Part shown: positions 22,553 to 35,500 of the stretch, piece after piece | How the letters are laid out: every line of letters begins with the position of its first letter | Numbering within the stretch: the first letter of the stretch is position 1 | Assembly (NCBI RefSeq): GCF_037042905.1 | Contig: NC_087252.1 | Location: 19,470,001 to 19,534,000, forward strand | Direction of reading: 5' to 3' | Source: Lytechinus pictus | Taxonomy: Eukaryota | DNA: 64,000 nucleotides | The notes under the pieces: generated by a model | Told to the model about the DNA's origin: nothing | The model's database searches: none | What the model saw: only the letters and a program-made list of their open reading frames with translations | Made by a program: the position numbers and the translations under genes

Positions 22553-24894
22553 CAGGGTTGGCATATTTCCCGCTTCGGAGGCTTATTTCCCGGACGCCGG
22601 GAAATAAGCAGTATTTACCGGTATTTACCGCTTTTTTCCGGTATTTACCACTTTTTACCGGGAAATATAATTTTCCACTCACTTTTCTATAGGGATTGTC
22701 AAATTTTGAACATAAAAACAAAGGTGGTGAGTATGGTTGCTCTGGTGTGTACCATCTGTGTGAGTGTTTGTGTGTGTGTTTGTTTGTTTGTATGTGTCTT
22801 TATGTTTGTGTTTGGGTGTTATCTATGTGTGTTATCATGAAATGCTGGAAAAATACTAAAAAGATCCCAAATGTACATCTAATTTAGATATGATGTTCTT
22901 CATTAAGACCGCGCTAATTCTTCAGACATCACTGTTTATCACCAGGAGCTGGACATAGAGGAACAGAAGATCCTGCGTCCAGAACTGAACCTTATGTAAC
23001 CTTATGTATTAAGTCAGTCAATAATTACCATATTCATGAATACCTACATGTACATGTATTAATGAGCATAAACGTGTATTAGCATATGAACAAAATGCCA
23101 TGTGCTTTTAGATCCATACATGTAGCCCACTAGACTAGTGATTCTGTTTCAGCAAGGAGCACACCTTATCTCAGGACACACGTGATTGGAAAGTGCACTA
23201 AAGCAAGTCAGGTATAAAGAAAAACACATAAATGAAAATATTTTGACTGACCAATGTAGATAATGTACATATCTGAAAAGAATAAATACATGTATAGTAT
23301 TACAGGATGGAAATCATGGACATGTATTGGGTTGTTAAATCTATGGAAACTTTGCATTATAGGCAAATCCAAGAAAAGGTCCCCCTAGAAGACAAAATTT
23401 CATCTTCATTTTATGACGTAATCTTTGGTGGGATAAGAAAGCCCAAATATTGAATTTTAAAATTTCATTATGACAAATTTGTTGATATGCAAATTTATGC
23501 TAATATGGAGCACCAAATTTGCATAATTGGTAATCTGAGCGTTACATATGGGACAATTATAAAACAGCATAGAAAATCAAAACAAAACTTGTGAGATCTA
23601 TTCATACATGTAGGTGGGACATGGACCCCCTAACACTTTATTATTTTTGGGGAAAAAAATTTGGTGTCATCTAATTTAATATGCAAATTAGGCCTTGTCA
23701 AAGGATGAAATGTCCCATATGTAACATTTTGAGGTCATTTTCTTTAGTTATTTCCCAAAATACAATACCTGTATTGTTTCATCTCTAGGAAGTTCTAATT
23801 TATTGAGTATTTTAATGTAATACCACAAAAAGTTTCAAAAATATAATTTACTTTTTAATATAAAGTTGATTAAAAAAATGTTAGGTATGGGACAATATGC
23901 TATGCATGGACATTTGTTCACAATGTCAATGGGAAATGAATATCAAATATGTGTACAAAGTGAATGGAGAAAAACAAATTTCAAGAGTGCTCCAAAAATA
24001 GATTTATTCACCTTTTCTGGAGTTTCTAAATACTGTTTTGTTATGAATATTGATAAAAGAAAATAATTGAAGGAAAAAAAATGTGAAAATTGAAAAATAT
24101 GAAAAAATAAAAAACAATAGATATACATAAGAAATTCATGAAACCATGAATAAATATGAAAATAATTTTTGTAATAGCAGATTTCCTTTTCATTCATATC
24201 AAATATGTCTCAGAACATTTTAAAAGAAAAAAAAATATTTTGTTATTGCTAATATATTTGAAATTATTTGAATTTTTAAAATCAGGGGAAAATTGTGTAC
24301 ATTCTCTAGGAGACAAAACATCCCATACATAACATGTCATTAATTTTATAATTAGAGTCTGCAGTTAGAGGGTTTTGCCTTATGAAATGAAACTTGCTTT
24401 TGATATACTTGAATGTTGTGACATTTATCACACTGATTTACAAGTTGTCAAATGAAATACATGTACTTTCAGAGAATTATTAGGTTAAAAAAAATCATAT
24501 TGTAATGAGATACAATGGCATGTAAAAAGTTAAACCCCGGGAGAAATATTTGTTTGTTTTAATATGATTATTCAATTTCCAGGAACATATTTGGAGTTTG
24601 TATACGTATGTGTGGACTTAGATCCTATGTGTGTTTGGGTATGTACATATGTATGCAGTATGGATTTTAATCTTTTTGTGTGTTTCTACTATGAGTTTTG
24701 TGATTCTAATTATTTCAGAACACAATTTCATTTGTTGAGGTTAAAAACAACTAAAATTATTGAAAAAAAAAGAATTATAAATCATATTTCCCGGTTTTTA
24801 CATATTTACCGGACGCCCATCTTATTTACCGGACGGTATTTACCGGTATTTACCACCGTTAATTACCGCGACCGGTATTTACCGCCCAACCCTG
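22553..24894. mobile_element. Non-autonomous hAT-type DNA transposon
   Basis: TIR CAGGGTTGG...CCAACCCTG, 8-bp TSD ATTGTTCA on both sides, subterminal TTTACCGG repeats, no transposase ORF. Confidence 0.9.
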
Positions 24895-25019
24895 ATTGTT
24901 CACTATTTCTGTTTCTCTCTTTCTCTGATTCTCTTTCCTTTTCCACTTGCTTTTTTCTGCCTCTATTTCTCTGTTTCTTTTTATTTCTTTGTCTTATTCC
25001 ATTCCCAACAATTTGACAC

Positions 25020-26340
25020 TCTTTCTTACTTGCTCCTTTCTTTTACAATATCACACTCCTTTTCCCATACTCTCTCACTTTCTCACACACTCTCTTTCTC
25101 ACTTGCTCCTTTCTTTTACAATATCACACTCCTTTTCCCGTACTCTCTCACTTTCTCACACACTCTCTTTCTTACTTGCTCCTTTCTTTTACAATATCAC
25201 ACTCCTTTTCCCATACTCTCTCACTTTCTCACACACTCTCTTTCTCACTTGCTCCTTTCTTTTACAATATCACACTCCTTTTCCCATACTCTCTCACTTT
25301 CTCACACACTCTCTTTCTTACTTGCTCCTTTCTTTTACAATATCACACTCCTTTTCCCATACTCTCTCACTTTCTCACACACTCTCTTTCTTACTTGCTC
25401 CTTTCTTTTACAATATCACACTCCTTTTCCCATACTCTCTCACTTTCTCACACACTCTCTTTCTTACTTGCTCCTTTCTTTTACAATATCACACTCCTTT
25501 TCCCATACTCTCTCACTTTCTCACACACTCTCTCTCTCACTTGCTCCTTTCTTTTACAATATCACACTCCTTTTCCCATACTCTCTCACTTTCTCACACA
25601 CTCTCTCTCTCACTTGCTCCTTTCTTTTACAATATCACACTCCTTTTCTCGTACTCTCTCACTTTCTCACACACTCTCTTTCTCACTTGCTCCTTTCTTT
25701 TACAATATCACACTCCTTTTCTCGTACTCTCTCACTTTCTCACACACTCTCTTTCTCACTTGCTCCTTTCTTTTACAATATCACACTCCTTTTCCCATAC
25801 TCTCTCACTTTCTCACACACTCTCTTTCTCACTTGCTCCTTTCTTTTACAATATCACACTCCTTTTCCCATACTCTCTCACTTTCTCACACACTCTCTCT
25901 CTCACTTGCTCCTTTCTTTTACAATATCACACTCCTTTTCCCGTACTCTCTCACTTTCTCACACACTCTCTTTCTTACTTGCTCCTTTCTTTTACAATAT
26001 CACACTCCTTTTCCCATACTCTCTCACTTTCTCACACACTCTCTCTCTCACTTGCTCCTTTCTTTTACAATATCACACTCCTTTTCCCATACTCTCTCAC
26101 TTTCTCACACACTCTCTTTCTCACTTGCTCCTTTCTTTTACAATATCACACTCCTTTTCCCATACTCTCTCACTTTCTCACACACTCTCTTTCTCACTTG
26201 CTCCTTTCTTTTACAATATCACACTCCTTTTCCCATACTCTCTCACTTTCTCACACACTCTCTTTCTCACTTGCTCCTTTCTTTTACAATATCACACTCC
26301 TTTTCCCATACTCTCTCACTTTCTCACACACTCTCTTTCT
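25020..26340 (+). repeat. 73-bp pyrimidine-rich minisatellite (~18 copies)
   Basis: Unit cttgctcctttcttttacaatatcacactccttttcccatactctctcactttctcacacactctctttctca. Confidence 0.95.
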
Positions 26341-26402
26341 CTCTCTGGCTTATTCCCTCTCTTTCTCCCTTTCTCCTCTCTTTGTCTGATTCCATTTTCT
26401 AG

Positions 26403-26563
26403 GTAACATTGACATTCAAGTTGGGGTTTGGACAGATTTCAGTGAAGGTTTTGTAAGAGAGAGAACTCTTGATGATCGTGATACTCCAGCAAGCGAATTC
26501 TATGATTTCACCCACTATGTCTTTGAAAGTCCAGAAGGATCTACCCTCTTTATGGAGATACAG
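26403..26563 (+). CDS. CUB-like domain exon A, module 1
   Basis: ttctag|GT...ATACAG|gtaaat; [53 protein letters not shown]. Confidence 0.85.
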
Positions 26564-29500
26564 GTAAATCTTTGTGCATTACATACCATACAGAAAAAGG
26601 GAAACCTGTCTTTAAAGATAGCCTTAAGATTTCGGAACAAGTTTTACTGAATTGTTAACGAAGCGAAGTTGGCTCAGTCAGTAAAGCGTCTGCCTGTCGA
26701 AATTAAAGTTAGTGGGTTCGAGTCCACCCCGGGCAGATGACTGAAGCCAGTGCGTTGTGTGTAAACATCTCTCCCCTGTTGCATAAATGCAGGCTATGTT
26801 ACAGTGATCCCTCGGATAGGACGTTTAATGGAGGCCCCGTGTAGAGGAGTGTCACCACCTTCGCACGTTAAGAATCCACTGCACTATTCGTAAATGAGTA
26901 GGGGGGAACCCCGATGTTGTGGTCCACCTGCTCTACAATCAGTTATATCGAGAGGAGAGACCTGCGGGTCACAGTGATTCAAATCCCTTTTCGCCTCCCA
27001 GGCACAGGCGACGCCAAATAAATAACAATCATAATAATAATGGATGACTGATGATGATAAAGACTAATGTCAAAAATGGTTTGCATGGAATCTCGCATCT
27101 GAATTTGAACCACCCTTATTATAAGAGATAAGTTTTTTTTATATCTTGCAAGGAGCACAGTGAATGATGATTAAGACTAGTAATCATGGAAACATAATTC
27201 ATCTCATATATGATTCTGATTCTTTCATCTTTCTATTATTCTTCTGCATATTATATTACAGAATTTGACAATGAATCTGACTGGACCTCTCTTGGACCTT
27301 GTGCGTGTATCTGTTGGATCTGGGACGGACCCAATAGATAATTTATTTTCCTTGGCGTATGCAGATGGAAATGGATATTTGGAAAGCTATACCTCTAGCA
27401 CAAACTTTACCCTATTTTTCAATACGGGGTATCTTCTCATTGCCATGCCAAAGTCTGTTGCTGGTATCTTCAATATGACTTTCAGGGTGTCAGCTGTTGG
27501 TAAGGAGTGAATGATTTGTAATATATATGGTGCACGTACCTAATCATAATGTAACTATATAGGCATATGGCCAAATCCACATCAAGTCGCTTCATCGAAA
27601 TTAATTTTGAGTTAAATATGTAGACAGTATGTGTCCGATTAAACCGGAAAAATTGTCTTTTGGGTTTCTTTCGAATAGTTTTTCATGCTTATTGGTCTGC
27701 TTGATAGATTGCATGTTAGATTTAGTTGTTAGAGGACAAGTTTATCCCAACAATAAGTTGATTTGAATAAGAAAAGAAAAATCCAACAAGCATAACACTG
27801 AAAATTTCATCAAAATCGGATGTAAAATAAGTAAGTTATGACATTTTAAAGTTTTGCTTAATTTCACAAAACAGTTATATGCACATCCTGGTCGGTATGC
27901 AAATGAGGAGACTAATGATGTCATCCACTCACTATATCTTATGTATTTTATTATATGATATATGAAATATTCTAATTATCTCCTCATTTTCAAGTGAAAC
28001 AATTATTAATTCATCCCCTGAACATGTTGAACTGGCAATGTTTAATACTATATAGCTCAGTCAAGTTGGCCCTTATTGTCAAACCTGTAAAAATGAAATA
28101 TTGAATAATTCAAACAGTAAAAAACAAAAGAAATAGTGAATGGGGGACTTTATCGACTGTCTCATTTGCATGTCACTGAGTTGTGCATTTCACTGTTTTG
28201 TGAAAAATAAGCGAAACTTTAAATTGTCTTTACTTTCTTATTTTACATCCGATTTTGATGAAATTTTCAGCGTTATCCTGGTTGGATTTTTTTCTTTTTA
28301 TTCAAATCAACTTTTTGTTGGGGTGGACTTGTCCTATAAATGCTCTGTTATAATTTCCATTAAAATAGACATTGAGAAAAAATGGAAAACAGAGAAATAC
28401 ATAAGCAATTTGTCATGCTCTAAAGAATGTGCATGAGAAATGCTGGGGCAATCACGCAAACAGTGGCTGAGATCAGAAGGGAGGCCATCATTGCCCCACT
28501 CCCCACCCCCCATTCCTCACTACATCTCAAATAGCCCAGTCCTTTTGTATGTATGTATTATCATACTGCAGGATCCAAATGTTGTATTCTGGTAAAAAAA
28601 ACTGGTACTGTGAGTTGTTTGCTGCTCCAGCTAATGCTATTTAATGTCATTTTAATCCATTCGGGTAAGCTAATATGCTTTTCTGAGAATTCAGCTATTG
28701 TTCTGAGAGAATACTGCCTTTTCAAAAAGAAAGGTCTCATAAGTTCACAAGAAAGTTTTTTTTTCTCCTTCAGAATGTGAGAGTCCTGAATCCCCATGTT
28801 ATCTCTCTCTGCATTGCCTGGACTCGGAAAGGGATTATTGCGATGGAGAGGTTCAGTGTCTTGATAGTGGAGAGGATGAATATGAATGTGAAGGTAAGAA
28901 TACTTGGATGGAGAAGAAAAAAAAAGGATGGATGTTAAATGTTGTGATGGTGAAGTTCAGTGTCTTGATAGTGGAGAGGATGAATGTGAAGGTAAGAATA
29001 CTTGGACGGAAGAGAAAGGAAAGGATGGATAGATGAATTGATGTTCAAAAATTCAAGGATGGAGAAGAAAGAATAGGATTGATAAATGTAATTAAGAAGT
29101 TCATTGGCTTAATGGTGAAAAAGTTAATATGGGTTTGAAGGTACGAATATACTAGTATGGAGGAGAAAGAGAAGGATAGATGTAACGAAGATGAGTGAAT
29201 GGTAGGCCAATGTTGGATAGTGAATGGTAGGCCAATGGTGGATAGTGAATGGTAGGCCAATGGTGGATGAGTGAATGGTACTGTAGGCCAATGGTGGATA
29301 GTGAATGGTAGGCCAATGTTGGATAGTGAACGGTAGGCCAATGTTGGATAGTGAATGGTAGGCCAATGTTGGATAGTGAATGGTAGGCCAATGGTGGATA
29401 GTGAATGGTAGGCCAATGGTGGATAGTGAACGGTAGGCCAATGTTGGATAGTGAATGGTAGGCCAATGTTGGATAGTGAATGGTAGGCCAATGGTGGATA

Positions 29501-32500
29501 GTGAATGGTAGGCCAATTGTGGATAGTGAATGGTAGGCCAATGTTGGATAGTGAATGGTAGGCCAATGGTGGATAGTGAATGGTAGGCCAATGTTGGATA
29601 GTGAATGGTAGGCCAATGGTGGATAGTGAATGGTAGGCCAATGGTGGGTAGTGAATGGTAGGCCAATGTTGGATAGTGAATGGTAGGCCAATGGTGGATA
29701 GTGAATGGTAGGCCAATGGTGGATAGTGAATGATAGGCCAATGGTGGATGAGTGAATGGTAGGCCAATGGTGGATAGTGAATGATAGGCCAATGGTGGAT
29801 GAGTGAATGGTAGGCCAATGGTGGATAGTGAATGGTAGGCCAATGGTGGCTGAGTGAATGGTAGGCCAATGGTGGATAGTGAATGGTAGGCCAATGGTGG
29901 ATAGTGAATGGTAGGCCAATGGTGGGTGAGTGAATGGTAGGCCAATGGTGGATAGTGAATGGTAGGCCAATGGTGGATAGTGAATGGTAGGCCAATGGTG
30001 GATAGTGAATGATAGGCCAATGGTGGATGAGTGAATGGTAGGCCAATGGTGGATAGTGAATGATAGGCCAATGGTGGATGAGTGAATGGTAGGCCAATGG
30101 TGGATAGTGAATGGTAGGCCAATGGTGGCTGAGTGAATGGTAGGCCAATGGTGGATAGTGAATGGTAGGCCAATGTTGGATAGTGAATGGTAGGCCAATG
30201 GTGGATAGTGAATGGTAGGCCAATGGTGGATAGTGAATGGTAGGCCAATGTTGGATAGTGAATGGTAGGCCAATGGTGGATAGTGAATTGTAGGCCAATG
30301 GTGGATGAGTGAATGGTAGGCCAATGGTGGGTGAGTGAATGGTAGGCCAATGGTGGATAGTGAATGGTAGGCCAATGGTGGATAGTGAATGGTAGGCCAA
30401 TGGTGGATGAGTGAATGGTAGGCCAATGGTGGGTGAGTGAACGGTAGGCCAATGATGGATGTATGGTGTGTCAACGGTGGGCAATTAATGGTCTTTTAAT
30501 CAATGGTGGGCCAATGGTAGGAACAGTTGAGATTTCATTTATACAAATTAGTTCTTCCAATGGTGCCTACCATTGGATATGCAAATTAGGTTTCCAATTA
30601 TTTGAATTAGTTTCAATGGTGTTTCAATGATGTCCCAATGGTGGTCAATGGTATATCATTGGTAGTTCATCAATGGTAAGTTTCAATGGTATACCATTGA
30701 GAAATTTATGTAAGGGATACTAGTATGGAGGAGAAAGAGAAGGGTAGATTTTAAATGTAGTGAAGAAGATCAGTTTCTTAATATTGAACAGGATGAATAC
30801 AGGTGTGAAGGTAAAAATACTAGGATGGAGGCGAAAGAAAAGGATGGATGATAAATGTTGTGATGGAGAGGTTCAGCGTCGTGATAGTGGAGAGTAGCCC
30901 GCAGGTCACCTGCATTGACGGTATCCGGCACGTATCTCACACGCAATTGCCCGCAGAAGTGCGGGCCGCAAGTCTGATTTACACACAGAAAAGTATTGAA
31001 CATGCTCAAAACTTTGCGGATGAGTTGCGGGCAATCACCCGCAACTCACCCACAAGGCTCGCACCGTACGATGTGACAGGGCCTTTACTATTGGTGTGAT
31101 ACGTGTATATTTTGTACAACCTTTTTCCATCAACAGGTTGCCCATATGGTCTGTACCCATGCTACTTTGATGAGTCCATTTGTTACAATTACACTGCCGT
31201 TGGATGTGATGGAAACTATGATTGTCCAGGTGGTTCTGATGAATACAACTGTACAGGTAAGATTCTTCTTTCTCATTTTATGTTTTTGTCACGTATTCAT
31301 CTCATCTTTCAGGGGGGCTGTTTAATAATTAATTCAATCAAATTCTCAAATCACTGTTTCAATCCATTGACCACTTAAGTTGAAACAAAATTTGTTCATT
31401 AGAAATTGTTTTTAGCAAGTATTCTGAATTGAAGTGTTATTTGTAAGTAGGGTTTGAAGGTTCTGATAAAGTGACTCTCACTTTGTTAAATAACAAACAC
31501 CCCAGAATATTTTGGTTACGTTTTAAAGAACATGACTAAGTTTCATTCAGCAGTTACTCTAATATTCTGAGGCATCTTACAAACGGCGTTATAATAATAA
31601 TCCCCTTTTATAGTGTGCGTCCCAGAAAAAAGGAAAGCAGGATTCACCACATTGTTTTTCAAAGGAAAATTAATCATGATATTTCATTTACATCATCATA
31701 CAATTCAATTTCTCTACATTTTAATATCTATTATGTGATGAACACTTCACACAATAATGAGCAAGACAAGTTTAAAATTTTAATGTCAAAATCAGGCTGC
31801 GCAGAAAAATCGGAATAGATTGGGTCATGATACGACCACCGTGCTTATTCGACGATTGGCTCATTAGCATTTATATTGTGTTCTTTGTTAAGTTTCTCTC
31901 ACTGATCCCTGAAATGAGAGTGTATTCAGATTAACATGTGAGTTTTTGTGCAAATTGTTTCTGATAGGCCTCAGTGTTATTGTTTGTAATCTTCCATGCA
32001 TGAAAGATTTGCCAAGCTTTTGGGCTCAACATTAAATTCATAGTAAAAACATGTTTAATAATTGTCAAATCTATCTCCGAAAAACAGGATTCCTTTTTGG
32101 TGGGGCGCACTGTATATCGCTTTATACATGAAAACAATGCAGCAAAGCATTATAATTACATGTATATCAATTTGTGTTTTTCTGTGTCTTTCCTTAGGAT
32201 GTTTTGCATGTAATGGTTCTTCGGAATGTTTACTTGACCTTCAAGTTTGTAACTTCTATAACGATTGTCCTGATGGGGAAGATGAGGCTAATAATCTTTG
32301 CAATCATACAGAGTTTAAAAGTAAGTCTCTATTATATACGGTAGTTAATAATTTATTTTGTATACAGTGGTGCTCTAAGGTAAGTAAACCTCAGCAGAAA
32401 ATGAATATATGTAAGGTGTTCAAGTTCTGCCATGTTTTGTGAAGTCCGGTGATCAAATAAAACATTCAATAAAGTGTGTTTCTCTGGGATCACCAAACTT

Positions 32501-35500
32501 TGTAGTGTTGTTGTCTACATCAACACTCAGCATGAAGGAGTGCATTTTTTTGGTGGGGTTCACAAACTGTTGAGCACATTTTTATATAAACGCAAAAAGA
32601 AATTCACATTAATTATTGAAACGTGACTATGTTGACTTCAATATGCACACACTGTTACAGCACTTGTCTGATCACTTGCTTTTCATCTCAACATCCAAGT
32701 TAATCCAAGTAAGTAAGTAATTTTTAGTCAGTGTAAGTCAATGTTGGTCAAAAGTTTAGTGGAAAATAGTTTAATTTGTAATGAAACGGTCGAAGCGATT
32801 TTGAAAGAGATCTTCCGAACCGGTTCATAAAACCACCTCGCGATGTAGTTTTGAAGATCGCTTTGCCTCGTTTAGCTGGTTGTAGCATAAGTGAGGACAC
32901 AACCGTTCTTCGGGAAGCGATCTTCGCACATTTTGAGTGCGCTATTCTACACACTGTGTGTAGAATGCCTACGATGCGGTTTCAAATTTCGCGCGAAACG
33001 TGTCACCACACTGAGAGTGTTCCCATAGCAACAAGATCGCTTTACGTGAAGTGATTTTGAAACTACTTTCGGGTGATCACATGGCAACGCTAGCTAAGTG
33101 ATCTTCCAAACTGGTTTCCTGAACCGGTTTCCAATAAACTAGTTTGAGAAAGCGTTATGAGAACGGTGTCCTAGTCAGTATAAGTCAATGTTGGTCAAGA
33201 AGAGTACTTTTAACACTAGTTATTGTGCTGTGAATCTCTATATTAAATAGTTGAACTATTTCGAGAAACGGGGAACCTTCGTTCAGGCCCAAATTTACAA
33301 ATTGGTGGTTTCAGTGGTACTATGATACAGAACCCTTGGAAACCATGGTCTATACAGATTTTGTGTAAATAATACACTAAGAAAAGCCCAATAATAAATG
33401 CATGCTTTTGGCAAAAGATGCAAAGTTATATGCCTGAATGAAGCTTGATTATACAAGAAATCTGCATATTCCATTTTAGGGTTTTGCACCATGGTACAAT
33501 TGAAACCGTATTTTCTGAGTTTTGGTCTTCTTTATTTAGATTTGATTATTTTGCTATTTTTCTTGTGTATGTTTATATGTGAGGGTCCGGGGGGGGGGGG
33601 GGGGGGGATGGGGGGTCATGATGGTTTGTGCCACATCAGAAAATCTACATGTATGTATGTAAGTTATATAGATATATAGAATCTCAATCTTCCGAAATAA
33701 AAACGAAATGATCTATATCTTACAACAGCTGCATTCATCTGCAATCTAGCCTCTCACAGAAAAAAAAAACTTTATCTCAGAACAAGTAATTTTGAGCTTT
33801 CTCTCTTACTGATTAATGCTGTGGAAGTAATGCAGCTGTCTGTAATACCCGGCGCAAGTGTCACTCCGCCTCTAACAGCCCTCTATCTGTTGTTAATTTA
33901 TCATATGTTAACTTCAGTACAATCTTAAAAATGCTATCATTCTCTCTTTTACACATACTCTTCTGCTCTTTCTGTATTACGTATACTCTCTTGCTCTCTA
34001 ATACTCTCTCTCTCACATACTTTCTCCCCCCCTCTCTCTCTCTCTGTATCTCTTATTCTCTCTTGCTCTCTTATACTCTCTCTCTCACATACTTTCTCCC
34101 CCTTTCTCTCTCTCTCTTATTTCCTTCATCCCTCCTCCTTTTCTCTGTCTCCTTTTATTCCAAAGGTTTACATGACATCCAAGTTGGCGTTTGGACAGAC
34201 TTCAGTGAAGTATTAGTATCCCAAAGAATTCTTGATGATCGTAATACTCCAGCTAGTAAATTCTACGATTTCACCCACTATGCCTTTGAAAGTCCTGAAG
34301 GATCTACATTGTTTATGGAGATACAGGTTTGTCTTTAATCATTTACTATATATATACTGCATTTTATAAAATGTTCTGAGTGACAGGCATATGACTCTTG
34401 GCAGACTTAATTTTTGAAATGTTACGGCATACAGTAAATCAATAATCAACATTATCCAGTCACTTTAAGTAAGGCTACTGATCTTTATTTTATAGTACAT
34501 GTTCTTATGTTAGGTTAGCGTTTCATCATGTTCAGTTTTCAACAAGTTGTCAGATTTGACAGCTTTCCCTGAGTTTGTTTGTCTGAGAACCATTGTTACT
34601 ATGGTAACTGTCAGATAAAACTGGACTTGTCAAATTAACCCTATCTAGGCCCACGACGATTCAGGCAATATTTTTGCTGCGCGAAATGTTTTGACCGCGA
34701 CTGACTTTTTACTTTCAAGTCTTTATGAAACTTTTGAGACCACTTTCGCGATGCCCGGGTACACGGTTCTGAAATAAAGCTACATTATGTAAGTGCTTGT
34801 CAGACCAAAAATTGCTCAAAAACGTGATTTCGTGTACAAAGTCAATGCAAATTGTGTTTTCAACCAAAAATCATAAATGTATGATTAATTTTAGTTTTAC
34901 TGGTCTAAATTGATTTGTTTTATGCTTGGTATGATCTCAAAAGTGTTCCCAACAAATACAGAAATTGCAAAAAACATACACCTGTAAAGATATAAAAGAA
35001 ATTGATCTGACATCGCAATTTTTTCATGTACATTTGCTAAGAAAACCCGAAAGAGTTTCTAAAACAAAAATTAGAACACTTCGAGCTTTATTTAGGGAGT
35101 AAGATGAAAAAGTGTGATTTTGCATACTATTTTCCTCTAACATGAAATAAATTACTAGAAAACCTGCGTGCCGAATTTCGGCGCGATCGTGTGATCAATG
35201 GCCGAGATCTCAACTGGGACCAGGCCCCCCCCCCCTCCCCCGCCATATGAACTCCCAAAATAACCCGGCCTAGATAGGGTTAATCATACAAATAAAAGTT
35301 GAAAATCTTAGAAAAACTGAAGTTGCCATGCAGATACATGTAAACCCTGGCACAGTCACATGCAAAATCTTTGATTGGTACACTTTTTACTTGTCCACAC
35401 ATTTGTCTTATTGGATAATGCTTTGTTTTTTTAATGATTATTGGTATATATTCGTAATTCAAAATTTAGGGTTTAAATAATTGTTTTCAGTGAAATTCTG

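Larger units (their letters stand above)
22162..30460 (+). repeat. Segmental duplication, near-identical to ~46040-56230
   Basis: Shared intron sequence, hAT element, 73-bp satellite, exons, SINE, Kolobok MITE and 25-bp satellite, all in the same order. Confidence 0.95.

Noticed and set aside
24947..26406. Three overlapping 400-480 aa ORFs (and the 1000+ aa ORFs at 48792-52315)
   Set aside because: A stop-free 73-bp pyrimidine minisatellite that is open in all three frames and lies in an intron.
29191..30460. CRISPR-like regular short repeats
   Set aside because: No unique spacers and no cas genes, in a eukaryotic intron.
29045..30484. Minus-strand [13 protein letters not shown]s (also 54952-56235 and 63568-63969)
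   Set aside because: Translation of the 25/26-bp satellite in all frames; not a gene.
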